Notes: generated by a model from the letters alone, not told the origin. Counted from the stretch's first letter, positions 51,482-62,220 are shown. The stretch: 64,000 nucleotides of DNA from Gemmatimonas sp. (GCA_050260515.1 JBLNCI010000043.1:79880-143879), one strand, 5' to 3'. Translations and numbers: made by a program.

Positions 51482-53578
51482 CTAAGCGGCCTTGATTTCC
51501 GTGAGGAAGCTGGTCACGGCGCGGCGCAGCGCCGCAGCCTCCAGACCGAGACCTTCCACCGTGGCGAGCACCTTGCTCGCCGCGTTGCCGGTCTCGTCGG
51601 CCACCGTGCGGACCCCGCCGATGCTCTCGTTCACGCCGGTCGCACCCTCGCGGGCGCCGCCGACGTTGCGCGAGATCTCGGTCGTCGCGGCACTCTGCTC
51701 CTCGACCGCGGCGGCGATCGAGCCGGCAATCGCGCTGATCTCCTCGACCGCGCCGACAATGGCGGCGATCGCGGAGACCGTCTCGGCGGTCGACTTTTGG
51801 ATGCCGCCCAGCCGCTGCGAGATGTCGTCGGTCGCCTTGGCGGTCTCGTTCGCAAGCGCCTTGACCTCCGACGCGACCACGGCGAAGCCCTTGCCGGCAG
51901 CACCGGCGCGGGCGGCCTCGATGGTGGCGTTGAGCGCCAGCATGTTGGTCTGCCCGGCGATCGCGCCGATGGTCTCGATGATCTCGCCGATCTTGTCGGC
52001 CGACTGCTTGAGGACCTCGACCGACTTGCGAGTGCCGCGGGCGTCCTCAACGGCGCGCGACGACTTCGCCGCGGTGTCGGACACCTGCTTCGAGATCTCC
52101 TGGATCGACGACGCGAGCTGATCGGTCGCGGCCGCGACCATCTGCACGCTGCCCAGCGCGGTGTCGGACGCCTTGGCGGCGGTCGAGACCTGCGACCGCG
52201 TCTGGTCGGCGATCGCGGCCATGCTCTCGGCGGCGCCGCGGAGGTCGTCGGACGACGACGCGAGGCGGCCGAGCATTCCGGCGACCTGGTCCTCGAACTC
52301 CTTCGCGCGCTTCTCGATCTGGCGCGCCCGCTCGGCGCGCTGCTCGGCGCGTTCGGCGGCTTCCTTGGTCAAACGCTCCTGTGCGGTCCGCTGCTCTTCG
52401 GCTTCCTTTGCGAGCTGCGCGTTGCGGATCAGGTTGTCCTTGAACACCTGGACGGCCTCGGCCATCGCCCCGAGCTCGGCGCCGTGGTTGCGGGCCGGGA
52501 TGTCGGTGTTGGTGTTGCCGTCGGCGAGCTTGCGCATGGCGATGGTCATCGCCTTCACCGGGCGGGCGATGCCGGTGCCCATGGTGATCGCAAGCAGACA
52601 GGCGATGACGGTGGCGATGGCGGCGATCCCGAGCGTCAGCTTGAGCGCGGTACCGGCGGCGCCGGTCGCCTGATCGGCGAGTTCCTGCTGGTTCTCGCGG
52701 AGCACGTCCACCACTTTGTCGATGCGCTGGAGCACGTCGGTGTCGAAGCGCTCGACCGTGCCCGACATGATCCGATCGCGCGAGGCGACGAGATCACCGA
52801 CCGAGGAGATCGCGGCGTTGTACGCGACGATATCGTTGGCCACGTCCTCGAGCTTGGACTTCAGGTCCGGGACCTTCTCGGCAAAATCGCGCAGCAGCTT
52901 CTCGGCGCGCTTGCCTTCGTTGCGCGAGCGCAGCGAGGTCGCTTCCGAGGCTTCGAGAATCGTCTTCTGGATGCCCCACGCGGAGACGAGGAAGGCGTTG
53001 AGCGCCTGGCCGGTGACGCTGGCGACCTCGGCCTGGTTCTTCTCCTCGGCGGCGCGCTGGAGCGTCGAGAGATCGCGCTCGATCTTGGAGCCCAGGCGGT
53101 TGAGCGCCTCTTCCATCAGTTCGTTACGCTTGAGCTGCAGCTCGATGAGCTTCTCGAAGCCCTCGCTGTACTTGGTGATGGCGGTGTTAAGCGCCGTGAA
53201 CGACTCGGTCAGTTCCTCGTCGCCGGCGAAATCATCGGCCAGCACCTTCATCGCCTCGTTGGCCTTCAGGACCTGCGCCCGGCCCTCGATGACGTTGGTG
53301 ATGTCGCCGGTGATCATGAACTGGCGCACGTTGCTCTGGACGCGCAGCGCGGCGCTCTGGAGATCGGCCGAGGTCGAGATGTCGCGCGAGAGCCGCAGGT
53401 AGCGACCGAAGTCGGAGGCGACCCCCGAGAGCGACACCGCGCCAAGGCCGCTGATGACGACAATCAGCAGCACGACCGCGCCGAAGCCGCCGTAGGCCTT
53501 CCACGCGATGCTGATGCGGTTCAGCGACAGCCACTTCGGCATACGCGGGCGGAAGCGAAGCTTGGACAGGGCCACCAT
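51482..53578 (-). CDS. Methyl-accepting chemotaxis protein
   Basis: Start MVALSKLRF (ATG 53576-53578, SD GGGGAA). N-terminal TM, HAMP, and highly conserved MA signalling domain ([30 protein letters not shown]). Confidence 0.9.
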   Translation of the reverse strand: MVALSKLRFRPRMPKWLSLNRISIAWKAYGGFGAVVLLIVVISGLGAVSLSGVASDFGRYLRLSRDISTSADLQSAALRVQSNVRQFMITGDITNVIEGRAQVLKANEAMKVLADDFAGDEELTESFTALNTAITKYSEGFEKLIELQLKRNELMEEALNRLGSKIERDLSTLQRAAEEKNQAEVASVTGQALNAFLVSAWGIQKTILEASEATSLRSRNEGKRAEKLLRDFAEKVPDLKSKLEDVANDIVAYNAAISSVGDLVASRDRIMSGTVERFDTDVLQRIDKVVDVLRENQQELADQATGAAGTALKLTLGIAAIATVIACLLAITMGTGIARPVKAMTIAMRKLADGNTNTDIPARNHGAELGAMAEAVQVFKDNLIRNAQLAKEAEEQRTAQERLTKEAAERAEQRAERARQIEKRAKEFEDQVAGMLGRLASSSDDLRGAAESMAAIADQTRSQVSTAAKASDTALGSVQMVAAATDQLASSIQEISKQVSDTAAKSSRAVEDARGTRKSVEVLKQSADKIGEIIETIGAIAGQTNMLALNATIEAARAGAAGKGFAVVASEVKALANETAKATDDISQRLGGIQKSTAETVSAIAAIVGAVEEISAIAGSIAAAVEEQSAATTEISRNVGGAREGATGVNESIGGVRTVADETGNAASKVLATVEGLGLEAAALRRAVTSFLTEIKAA

Positions 53579-53757
53579 CGTTTTTCCCCAGAACAGAAGT
53601 TGCGCAATGAGTCGCACGCACGAGCCGAACGGTCGGTCCGCGACGGCGCCGTTTCGCAGTAATCTGCGGGAGGCCGATTAAACGAGGGTTAACAGCCCGT
53701 GATTTCTTGTCGCACGGGTCTGTGCGGCACTTCGGCGTCGGGGCTCTGGAGAGGGGA

Positions 53758-53834
53758 TGGGGCGAGTGACCGGGATCGAACCGGCGACATCCAGAACCAC
53801 AATCTGGCGCTCTACCAACTGAGCTACACCCGCC
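53758..53834 (-). tRNA. tRNA-His (anticodon GTG) with encoded G-1 and CCA
   Basis: Manual fold: G-1 + GCGGGTG acceptor, anticodon stem-loop CCAGA-TTGTGGT-TCTGG, T-loop GGTTCGATCC, discriminator C. Confidence 0.93.
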
Positions 53835-54193
53835 GCAACGCCGAGGCTTGCGGCGCTATCTTGCGCGCGCGCCTCTTTAGCGGCAACGGCGCGCGTGCGT
53901 CAATGACGAAACCCGGACCGAGCCGCGTGATCTGACGCTCCGGTCCGCCGCCTGACCGCGCCGAACGCGACAGCCGGAGCTGTCCGCCGGCGAGCGGTCC
54001 TGACGTTCCTGGCCCGGTCACGGCCGAGGCGCCATTCGCTCATACGGGCGCCGCAAAGCGCCTGCCCTCAACATGGGCAGGGCAGATGATTAAAAAATAA
54101 GCACTTGCCTAAAATATGCCTCAAGCGATGGTCCGCTATACGGCCGAGCCTCTGTTTTCGCGGGGTTTTCCGGCCAAATCAGCAGTCCCGATT

Positions 54194-54209
54194 TGGCACG
54201 CGCCATGCT
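54194..54209 (+). promoter_or_regulatory. Sigma-54 (RpoN) -24/-12 promoter TGGCAC-N5-ATGCT upstream of glnB
   Basis: GG and GC dinucleotides spaced exactly as in the TGGCACG-N4-TTGCW consensus, ~85 nt upstream of the glnB ATG. Confidence 0.5.
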
Positions 54210-54282
54210 ATCAGCATCGGCCGAAAGCACGTGCCGGCCACGGTCGCGGCGGGGACGCCCCATGCCCCGCAACCGGCATTAA

Positions 54283-54630
<348 letters not shown>

Positions 54631-54680
54631 GTCGCTCCCCGCGACCTCCACCTCTCGGTCACACGAAGACCAACCGATAA

Positions 54681-54700
54681 CACCTACACACACCTACACA
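54681..54700 (+). repeat. Tandem direct repeat CACCTACACA x2 immediately upstream of the glnA RBS
   Basis: Seen directly, 17-36 nt upstream of the glnA ATG. Confidence 0.5.
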
Positions 54701-54716
54701 GAAGGGAACATCATCG

Positions 54717-56132
54717 ATGTCCGACGCTGACGTGAAAAAAGTCCTGCAGATGATCAAGGACAACGACGTCAAATACGTCGATTTCCGTTTCACCGATCCG
54801 CGCGGCAAGTGGCACCACACGGCGCAGCACGTCCGCACCATCGACGAGGGCACGCTGTCCGAGGGCATCATGTTCGACGGCTCCTCGATCGGCGGCTGGA
54901 AGGGCATTCAGGAATCCGACATGAGCCTGATCCCGGACTGCGCGACCGCGGTGATGGATCCGTTCGCCGCCCAGCCGCAACTGATCCTGTTCTGCGACGT
55001 CTTCGAGCCGCTCACCGGCCAGCCGTACGCCCGCGACCCGCGCTCGATCATCAAGAAGGCGGACGCCTATCTGAAGCAGACCGGCATCGGCGACACGGTG
55101 TTCTTCGGCCCCGAGGCCGAGTTCTTCGTGTTCGACGACGTCCGCTACCAGGTGACGATGAACGCCGTGTCCTACGAGGTCGACGGCGAGGAAGGCCCGT
55201 GGAACAGCGCCAAGGCGCTGCCCGAGGGCAACTCCGGCCATCGCCCGGGCGTGAAGGGCGGCTACTTCCCGGTCGCGCCGGTCGACTCCGCGGTGGACCT
55301 CCGCGCCGAGATGCTCACCGTCATGGGCGACATGGGCCTCGACATCGAGAAGCATCACCACGAGGTCGCGACGAACCAGCACGAGCTCGGCATGAAGTTC
55401 GGCACGATGCTGACCATGGCCGACCAGATGCAGATCTATAAGTACGTCGTGCAGATGGTCGCGCACTCCTACGGCAAGACGGCGACGTTCATGCCGAAGC
55501 CGATCAAGGGCGACAACGGCTCGGGCATGCATTGCCATCAGTCGATCTGGAAGGGCGGCAAGCCGCTGTTCGCGGGCTCGGGGTATGCCGACCTCTCCGA
55601 GACGGCGCTCTACTACATCGGCGGCATCATCAAGCACGCCAAGGCGATCAACGCCTTCACCAACCCGACCACCAACAGCTACAAGCGCCTGATCCCGGGC
55701 TTCGAGGCTCCGGTGCTCCTCGCCTACTCGGCGCGCAACCGCTCGGCCTCGTGCCGCATCCCGGTCGCGTCGAACCCCAAGGCGAAGCGCGTCGAGGTCC
55801 GCTTCCCGGATCCGCTGGCGAACCCGTACCTCGCGTTCGCGTCGATGCTCATGGCCGGAATTGACGGCATCCAGAACAAGATCCATCCGGGCGACCCGAT
55901 GGACAAGAACCTCTACGACCTGCCGCCGGAGGAGCTGAAGAACATCCCGACGGTGTGCGGGAGCCTGCGCGAGGCGCTCCAGGCGCTCGACGCGGACCGC
56001 GCGTTCCTGAAGAAGGGCGACGTGTTCACCGACGACCAGATCGACGCCTACCTCGAGCTGAAGTGGGAAGAGGTCTACAACTTCGAGCACACGCCGCACC
56101 CGATCGAGTACGCGATGTACTACTCGTCGTAA
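54717..56132 (+). CDS. glnA: Glutamine synthetase type I
   Basis: 471 aa; [33 protein letters not shown]-terminus; ATP-binding [16 protein letters not shown]; adenylylation-region NLYDLPPEE. Confidence 0.97.
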   Translation: MSDADVKKVLQMIKDNDVKYVDFRFTDPRGKWHHTAQHVRTIDEGTLSEGIMFDGSSIGGWKGIQESDMSLIPDCATAVMDPFAAQPQLILFCDVFEPLTGQPYARDPRSIIKKADAYLKQTGIGDTVFFGPEAEFFVFDDVRYQVTMNAVSYEVDGEEGPWNSAKALPEGNSGHRPGVKGGYFPVAPVDSAVDLRAEMLTVMGDMGLDIEKHHHEVATNQHELGMKFGTMLTMADQMQIYKYVVQMVAHSYGKTATFMPKPIKGDNGSGMHCHQSIWKGGKPLFAGSGYADLSETALYYIGGIIKHAKAINAFTNPTTNSYKRLIPGFEAPVLLAYSARNRSASCRIPVASNPKAKRVEVRFPDPLANPYLAFASMLMAGIDGIQNKIHPGDPMDKNLYDLPPEELKNIPTVCGSLREALQALDADRAFLKKGDVFTDDQIDAYLELKWEEVYNFEHTPHPIEYAMYYSS

Positions 56133-56157
56133 GCGACGGCGTCCTCGGGACGATCGA

Positions 56158-56190
56158 GGGGCCACCCGCAAGGGTGGCCCCTTTTTTCTT
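56158..56190 (+). terminator. Rho-independent terminator of glnA (GGGGCCACCC-GCAA-GGGTGGCCCC + TTTTTTCTTTTCTT)
   Basis: Perfect 10-bp GC stem, tetraloop, long T-tract, 26 nt after the glnA stop. Confidence 0.85.
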
Positions 56191-56281
56191 TTCTTGTCGG
56201 TCGTTTGCCGGCGCGGAAAGTTGCCTCGGACCTTTCGGTGTTTCGCCGATTATCATCGGGCCCGATCACCGGAGGAACGCC

Positions 56282-56944
56282 ATGCCCGGCCACCGTCTCA
56301 AGCTGACCAATGCGCTCTACGACTACATCGCCGAGATGTCGGCGCAGGAGACCGACGTCCAGCGCTGCCTCCGCGCCGAAACCCGGAAGATGCGCGGCGC
56401 GCAGATGCAGATCAGCCCCGAGCAGGGCCAGTTCATGGCGCTCCTCGTCGAGTTGATCGGAGCCCGACGGACGATCGAGATCGGGACCTACACCGGCTAC
56501 AGCACGCTCGCCGTCGCCATGGCCCTGCCCGACGACGGCCGTGTCATCGCCTGCGACGTGAGCGAGGAATGGACGGCGGTTGCGCGCCGCCACTGGCGCG
56601 ATGCGGGAGTCGACCGCAAGATCGATCTCCGTCTGCAGCCCGCGCTGACCACGCTCGACCGGCTCCTCGCCGACGGCGAGGCCGGGCGATTCGACTTCGC
56701 CTTCATCGACGCCGACAAGGAGAACTACGACGCCTACTACGAGCGCGCGCTCAGGCTCCTGCGCACCGGCGGGCTGATCGCGATCGACAACGTGCTGTGG
56801 GGCGGAGCGGTGATCGACTCGAGCGACCGCACCAAGGACACGCGCGCGATCCGCGCGCTCAACAAGAAGCTCCGCGACGACGAACGTGTGACCGTCAGCC
56901 TGACGCCGATCGGCGACGGCCTGACGCTCGCGCGGAAGCGGTAG
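56282..56944 (+). CDS. Class I SAM-dependent O-methyltransferase (caffeoyl-CoA OMT-like, family 3)
   Basis: Start MPGHRLKL (SD GGAGG). TIEIGTYTGYSTLAVA SAM motif and DFAFIDADKENY catalytic-region signature. Confidence 0.85.
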   Translation: MPGHRLKLTNALYDYIAEMSAQETDVQRCLRAETRKMRGAQMQISPEQGQFMALLVELIGARRTIEIGTYTGYSTLAVAMALPDDGRVIACDVSEEWTAVARRHWRDAGVDRKIDLRLQPALTTLDRLLADGEAGRFDFAFIDADKENYDAYYERALRLLRTGGLIAIDNVLWGGAVIDSSDRTKDTRAIRALNKKLRDDERVTVSLTPIGDGLTLARKR

Positions 56945-56956
56945 TCACCCGCAAAG

Positions 56957-57415
56957 CTAACAGGCGTTCGCCGGCAGCACCGCCTTCAGGTAGCGGCCGA
57001 CCAGGAGCGCCGCCGGGTACATCACCTGCTCCTCCGTCTGCGCATGCAGGATCAGCTTCTCGGCAAAGCGGGCGACCTCGGGCTTGCCCTCCGCACCCGC
57101 CGCGTCCACCAGCGCGACCAGCGCGCCGACGATCGCCCGATGCTCCTCCAGCATGGTCGGCAGCTCGGCCTCGAGCTTGTCGGTGAGCGCCAGGACGGCG
57201 GCCATACCGGGCGTTGCCGCCCCGCTCGCCAGCAATCCGAGCAAGCCGAGCGGCGGCAATGCGTACGCCTCCTCCTTGAGGAAGTGCGCGTGCAGAAGCC
57301 GCGCGACTTCCTTTGCCGCCTCTTCGGTGCGACCTCCGGCGCGAGTTGCGCGGGCGAGCAGTTCCTGCAACTCGTGATGCTCGGCCCTGACCGACTCCGG
57401 AATGTGGATGTCCAT
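56957..57415 (-). CDS. Hemerythrin-like (HHE cation-binding) domain protein, putative
   Basis: Start MDIHIPES (ATG 57413-57415, SD AAGGGGAG). H/E-rich helical pattern (EHHELQELL, HAHFLKEEAYALPPLG, EEHRAI). Family assignment is tentative. Confidence 0.45.
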   Translation of the reverse strand: MDIHIPESVRAEHHELQELLARATRAGGRTEEAAKEVARLLHAHFLKEEAYALPPLGLLGLLASGAATPGMAAVLALTDKLEAELPTMLEEHRAIVGALVALVDAAGAEGKPEVARFAEKLILHAQTEEQVMYPAALLVGRYLKAVLPANAC

Positions 57416-57428
57416 CTCTGCGCTCCCC

Positions 57429-58025
57429 TTAGTCCTCGTGATGCGGCGGCGCCTTGCCCAGCAGCAACTGGTGCACTGCCTCCGCGTAGGTGATGAATCC
57501 GAGTTCCGCGCTGATGCGCTCGCGCGCCGCGTCGACATCGGCCTCGCTCGACGGTTCACGCGATGCCTTCTGCAGCTCGCGGACGTGCGCGAGCCGCTCG
57601 CCGAGCGCATGCTCGACCTCTTCGGCGACCACCGCCCGGACGGGCTGGAGATCGCCGGTCTCTACCGCGCGCTCGGCCGCGGGGATCATCGGGCCGAAAT
57701 CGATCCCGCCTGGCTTGAGCCCCGTGTACGCCACGCCCTCGCCTGCCCGGTGCAACCTGATCGCCGTTTCGAGGAACGAGCGGTCGGCCAATGCGCGTGC
57801 GTCGGGTCCGAGCGCGCGGACCTTGCGGGCCTCGGCGAACGACGCCTTCAGCTCCGGCTCGGCATCCGCGGGCGCGTACGGCAGCACGAGGTAGACGTTT
57901 CCGGTATCGAGCGCCTTGGCGACGGCGTGCGCCACCGGCCCGTCGACGGTGTCGCAATGTGCAAATGCCGCGCGGGGACCGGCCAGCAGGGCCGCGGCGG
58001 TGATCAGGATCGCAAGTCGACGCAT
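57429..58025 (-). CDS. Hypothetical secreted protein (signal peptide MRRLAILITAAALLAGPRAAFA)
   Basis: Start at the second Met (ATG 58023-58025) preceded by GGAGG; 13 nt upstream of the hemerythrin-like gene, a likely operon. Confidence 0.55.
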   Translation of the reverse strand: MRRLAILITAAALLAGPRAAFAHCDTVDGPVAHAVAKALDTGNVYLVLPYAPADAEPELKASFAEARKVRALGPDARALADRSFLETAIRLHRAGEGVAYTGLKPGGIDFGPMIPAAERAVETGDLQPVRAVVAEEVEHALGERLAHVRELQKASREPSSEADVDAARERISAELGFITYAEAVHQLLLGKAPPHHED

Positions 58026-58275
58026 CGGTGCCTCCATCGCTGATTGTCGTTCAACTTTGCCGCAGAGGCGATGGCCGGCATTGATCTGCCGCAGGGCGAC
58101 GCGGCTGAGCCGGACGGTGCCACGGCCCAGCCTTGCTCGCACGGCCGCCGATCACAGCCATATGAAGCCTTCCGGCGGGCGCCCCGGCCGGACTTTCCCT
58201 ATATGTAGTGGCGCGCCCCCGGCGCCCTCCCCTAATATGCCGCCGCGTTAACGACTCAGAGTATCGCATCGCCCA

Positions 58276-60261
58276 ATGGCCGACCTGTTCAGCAAAGCCG
58301 CCAAAGCCGCCCCCGCCCGCAAACCCGCCGCCGACGATGGCTACTCGGCGAAGCACATCGAGGTCCTCGAGGGGCTCGAGCCCGTGCGGCGCCGCCCGGG
58401 CATGTACATCGGCGGCACCGACACGGCGGCGATGCACCACCTCGTGGCCGAAATCCTCGACAACGCGATGGACGAGGTCGTCGCGGGCTACGCCAAGCGC
58501 ATCGAGATCGCGGTCGAGAAGGACAACTGGATCACCATCTCGGATGACGGCCGCGGCATCCCGGTCGATCCCCATCCGAAGTTCAAGAACAAGTCGGCGC
58601 TCGAGGTGATCCTCACGACGCTGCACTCCGGCGGCAAGTTCGACGGCAAGGTCTATCAGACCTCGGGCGGCCTGCACGGCGTCGGCTCGTCCGTCGTCAA
58701 CGCGCTGTCGGACAAGCTCGAGGTCGAGGTCGGGCGCGACAAGAAGCTGTGGCGGCAGGAGTACAGCCGCGGCAAGCCCAAGGGCCCGCTCAAGGCCGCC
58801 GGCGCGGCGAGCGGACGCGGCACGAAGATCCGCTTCCATCCCGACCCCGAGATCTTCGGCGAGGCCGAGTTCAGCGCCCAGCGCCTGTTCCGGATGGCGC
58901 GCGCGAAGGCCTACCTGTTCGCCGGCGCCGAGGTGCGCTGGTCGTGCGATCCGGCGCTGATCGACAAGGACTCCGACGTTCCCGCGCAAGCGGTGCTGAA
59001 GTTCCCGGGGGGCCTCGGCGATTATCTGTCGGGCCTCGTCAACGGACGCGGCACGCTGACCGAGAAGCCGTTCGTCGAGCAGGCCGACCTGCCCGACGAG
59101 GCGGGCCGCGTCGAGTGGGCGATCGCGTGGCCCGAGGACGGCGACGGCCAGGTCTCGTCCTACTGCAACACCGTTCCGACTCCCGAAGGCGGCAGCCACG
59201 TCGCCGGCCTGCGCTCCGGCCTGACCCGCGCGCTCAAGGCCTACGGCGATCTGACCGGCAAGCGCGGCGCCTCGGCGATCACCGCCGACGACGTGATGGA
59301 CGGCGCCGTCGTCGTGCTGTCGCTGTTCTTCCGCAACCCGCAGTTCCAGGGCCAGACCAAGGAGAAGCTCGCGAGCCCCGAGGCCGGACGCCTCGTCGAG
59401 GCGGTGGTGAAGGATCACCTCGATCACTGGCTCACCGGCGATCCCAAGAGCGCGGACGAGCTGCTCGCCCGCATCATCGAGCGCGCCGAAGAGCGCGCCC
59501 GCGCCAAGAAGGCGATCGAGTTCTCGCGCAAGACGGCGACCCGCAAGCTCCGCCTGCCCGGCAAGCTCGCCGACTGCTCGCGCGAGAACGCCGAGGGCAC
59601 CGAGCTGTTCCTGGTCGAGGGCGACTCGGCCGGCGGATCGGCGAAATCCGCGCGCGATCGCGAGACCCAGGCGGTGCTCCCGCTCCGCGGCAAGATCCTC
59701 AACGTCGCGACGGCGTCGATCGACAAGTTCCAGGGCAACCAGGAGCTCGCCGACCTCGTCCAGGCGATGGGCTGCGGCATCCGCGACCAGTTCGTGGTCG
59801 AGAAGCTCCGCTACGAGCGCATCATCATCATGACGGACGCCGACGTCGACGGCGCGCACATCGCCTCGCTCCTCATCACCTTCTTCTATCGCGAGATGCG
59901 CGGCCTCATCGAGGCGGGCCGCCTCTACCTCGCCCAGCCGCCGCTCTACCGCATCACCCAGGGCGGCACGACCGTCTATGCGCGCGACGACGCCCACAAG
60001 GACGAGCTGCTGCGCACCTCGTTCAAGGGACGCGGCAAGATCGAGATCAGCCGCTTCAAGGGCCTCGGCGAGATGCCGCCGGCGTCGCTCAAGGAAACGA
60101 CGATGGACCCCACCAAGCGCACGCTGCTGCGGGTCGTCATTCCGCAGGGCGAGACCGGGTTCACCGCCCAACGCGTCGAGAGCCTGATGGGACGCAAGCC
60201 GGAGCTCCGGCTCGCGTTCATCCAGGAGCACGCGCGCGAGGCGCAGAACCTCGACGTCTGA
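58276..60261 (+). CDS. parE: DNA topoisomerase IV subunit B
   Basis: 661 aa GHKL ATPase + TOPRIM (LFLVEGDSAGGSA, PLRGKILN); alphaproteobacterial ParE-type N-terminus MADLFSKAAK. Confidence 0.93.
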   Translation: MADLFSKAAKAAPARKPAADDGYSAKHIEVLEGLEPVRRRPGMYIGGTDTAAMHHLVAEILDNAMDEVVAGYAKRIEIAVEKDNWITISDDGRGIPVDPHPKFKNKSALEVILTTLHSGGKFDGKVYQTSGGLHGVGSSVVNALSDKLEVEVGRDKKLWRQEYSRGKPKGPLKAAGAASGRGTKIRFHPDPEIFGEAEFSAQRLFRMARAKAYLFAGAEVRWSCDPALIDKDSDVPAQAVLKFPGGLGDYLSGLVNGRGTLTEKPFVEQADLPDEAGRVEWAIAWPEDGDGQVSSYCNTVPTPEGGSHVAGLRSGLTRALKAYGDLTGKRGASAITADDVMDGAVVVLSLFFRNPQFQGQTKEKLASPEAGRLVEAVVKDHLDHWLTGDPKSADELLARIIERAEERARAKKAIEFSRKTATRKLRLPGKLADCSRENAEGTELFLVEGDSAGGSAKSARDRETQAVLPLRGKILNVATASIDKFQGNQELADLVQAMGCGIRDQFVVEKLRYERIIIMTDADVDGAHIASLLITFFYREMRGLIEAGRLYLAQPPLYRITQGGTTVYARDDAHKDELLRTSFKGRGKIEISRFKGLGEMPPASLKETTMDPTKRTLLRVVIPQGETGFTAQRVESLMGRKPELRLAFIQEHAREAQNLDV

Positions 60262-60427
60262 GCAAGCGCCGTCTGAGCAAGCGCCGCGCGCCGCCGAGAC
60301 TGTGCCGTTCAGCGAGACGGGGCAGTATTAGGCTCACAACTTTGCAATGCGTTTCCGCCGCGCCTTCGGCGCAGACGCGCTTACTTTTATCGGCTCCCGA
60401 ATCGAAACGATTTCAAGGAGGAAGCCG

Positions 60428-61258
60428 ATGCGACCTTCACGCGTACTCCTTTCCTCGGCCGCGGCGCTCGCGCTCGCGGCCTGCTCGCAGACGTCGATGT
60501 CCGACACCAGCGGCTCCGCCGCGAGCTCCCGCTCCAGCACGGCGACCAGCACCCAGGGCCCGACGGGTCTTCGCGCATACCTGCCGCACTCGGGCATCAC
60601 GTCGAAGCATGTCGCGGACCAGTTCAGCTTCAACGACGTGGCGCTCGAATCGCGCGGCAAGCCGATTCCGCTCGTCGTCGTCGGCGATCCCCTCGGCGCC
60701 GATCGGCAGGCGCTCGGGCAGGCCATTGCCCAGGACCTGCACGCCTCGAACTGGGCGGGTCCCGGTGTGAACTTCGCGCCGACGACGGGCGCCGCGCTGG
60801 CTCAGAGCCACCTCATTGACGACCGCAGCATCAGCCCCTACTCGCTGATCATGATGATCAACGGGCCGAACAACATCACCGCCCAGAACCTGTGCAGCAA
60901 CCCGGCTATGAACGTCGGCGTCGCCGCGGCGACGCCGCCGGCCGGCTCGTCCAGCCTGAACCGGTCAGGCACCACCGGAGCGAGCGGGACCGCCGCGCGG
61001 TCGGGCGCGGCCGCCGGCGCGAGCTCGTCGGGAGCGGCCGCCGGTGCCGCGCGTCCGAGCGCCACGACTGGCGGCAACATGGCGACCGTGGTGAGCGCGC
61101 TCTGCCGCAACGACAGGGAAGTCTCCAGCGTGGTCGGCCGGACCAACGTCACCGGCGTGCAGGACCCCGCGTTCCGCGGTCTGGTGAACGCCACCCTGGC
61201 GGAGATGGGCGGTCCGCAGTCGACCAACGCAAACGACACGATGCAGTACGACAAGTAG
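60428..61258 (+). CDS. Lipoprotein of unknown function with Ser/Ala/Gly-rich low-complexity insertion
   Basis: Start MRPSRVLLSSAAALALAAC (SD AAGGAGG; lipobox LALAAC). Paralogous to 61416-62006 (shared LVVVGD..GADRQALGQAI..W/AGP and MMINGPNNITAQNLC blocks). Confidence 0.65.
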   Translation: MRPSRVLLSSAAALALAACSQTSMSDTSGSAASSRSSTATSTQGPTGLRAYLPHSGITSKHVADQFSFNDVALESRGKPIPLVVVGDPLGADRQALGQAIAQDLHASNWAGPGVNFAPTTGAALAQSHLIDDRSISPYSLIMMINGPNNITAQNLCSNPAMNVGVAAATPPAGSSSLNRSGTTGASGTAARSGAAAGASSSGAAAGAARPSATTGGNMATVVSALCRNDREVSSVVGRTNVTGVQDPAFRGLVNATLAEMGGPQSTNANDTMQYDK

Positions 61259-61415
61259 CCGTCGGTCCCCGCCCACGGCATCGCCTCGCCCCCCTTCCTC
61301 GCGGAAGGGGGGTTTTATTCCCGGCCGGGACGAAAATTTCGCGCCGCGCCGTTCTTGTTCCGCGTGCGATTAGCGCCTAGCCTCGCTGGATTCCCAGCGA
61401 TTCCGGGAGCTTCGC

Positions 61416-62006
61416 ATGCGCCTCTATCGTCTTGCAGCAACCATGTTGGTGACCGTGACGGTCGCGGGATGCACCCGCGCCGACGGCATCGCCACGGTGT
61501 CATCGATCAACAACGACATCTACGACAGCGCCGACATGTCGCGCGAGATCGCGGCGAAGGACACGCTCGTCGTGGTTCGCGGCAGCGCGTTCGGGCTCGA
61601 CCAGCGCGCGCTCGAACAGGCGATCGTCAGCGACATGCAGGGCGCCGCATGGGGCCCGCAGCCTCGCCTGACCACCACACCCGGCAGCAACGTCGGCCAG
61701 ATGTGGTCGTTCGTGATGATGGTGAACGGTCCGCGCAACGTCACCGCCGCGGCGCTGTGCCGCGACCCGGCCCAGGCGCCGGCGCTGACCGAAGCTCTGC
61801 CTGCGGGCGAATTCCGCCTCGTCGGCGGCCTGTGCCGCTTCGACAAGAACATGACCGAGGTCACCGGCCGGCTGGAGGGCGTCACCGGCGCCGACGACCC
61901 CCGCGTCCGTCGCCTCATCATGGCGGCGACCCAGGAGCTGACCACGCCCACGACGGCCGATCGGTTCCTGCACCAGAACGACAGCAGCGGCAGCAACGAG
62001 CGCTAG
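61416..62006 (+). CDS. Lipoprotein of unknown function, paralog of the upstream gene
   Basis: MRLYRLAATMLVTVTVAGC lipobox; SD GGGAG; conserved blocks LVVVRGSAFGLDQRALEQAI, MMVNGPRNVTAAALC. Confidence 0.65.
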   Translation: MRLYRLAATMLVTVTVAGCTRADGIATVSSINNDIYDSADMSREIAAKDTLVVVRGSAFGLDQRALEQAIVSDMQGAAWGPQPRLTTTPGSNVGQMWSFVMMVNGPRNVTAAALCRDPAQAPALTEALPAGEFRLVGGLCRFDKNMTEVTGRLEGVTGADDPRVRRLIMAATQELTTPTTADRFLHQNDSSGSNER

Positions 62007-62123
62007 ATCGGGTGCCCGGGGACAACGTGCCCCGCCCCGGGGTCTTAACCTTGCCCAAGGCGCCGTCGCGGCCGTTCCGGCCGCGAATCGGCCCGCTTTT
62101 CCGCGCAATCTCGGAACGATGAT

Positions 62124-62155
62124 TTGACTTTTTGGGGGCGACGCCCACTTATAAA
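62124..62155 (+). promoter_or_regulatory. Candidate sigma-70 promoter TTGACT-N17/19-CTTATAAA upstream of the DEAD-box helicase gene
   Basis: Seen directly; the -35 hexamer is near-consensus; ~40-65 nt upstream of the candidate start codons. Confidence 0.35.
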
Positions 62156-62220
62156 GCGCCCTCGATGGGCCGTTCTGCCGTTGGGGCGGGACGATGCGAA
62201 GCAAGGTGATCGCACCCCGA

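Noticed and set aside
53758-53834. tRNA-His as an attB site with adjacent integrase (classical genomic island)
   Set aside because: No integrase, excisionase, transposase or recognisable att direct repeat was found anywhere in 36.3-53.8 kb. Only weaker evidence (gene content, AT-rich patches) supports accessory status, so it is reported as a hypothesis and not as a mobile element.
56957-57610. Longer 217-aa version of the hemerythrin-like ORF
   Set aside because: The upstream 65 codons are Arg/Ser-rich with no SD, whereas the internal ATG at 57415 has a strong AAGGGGAG site.
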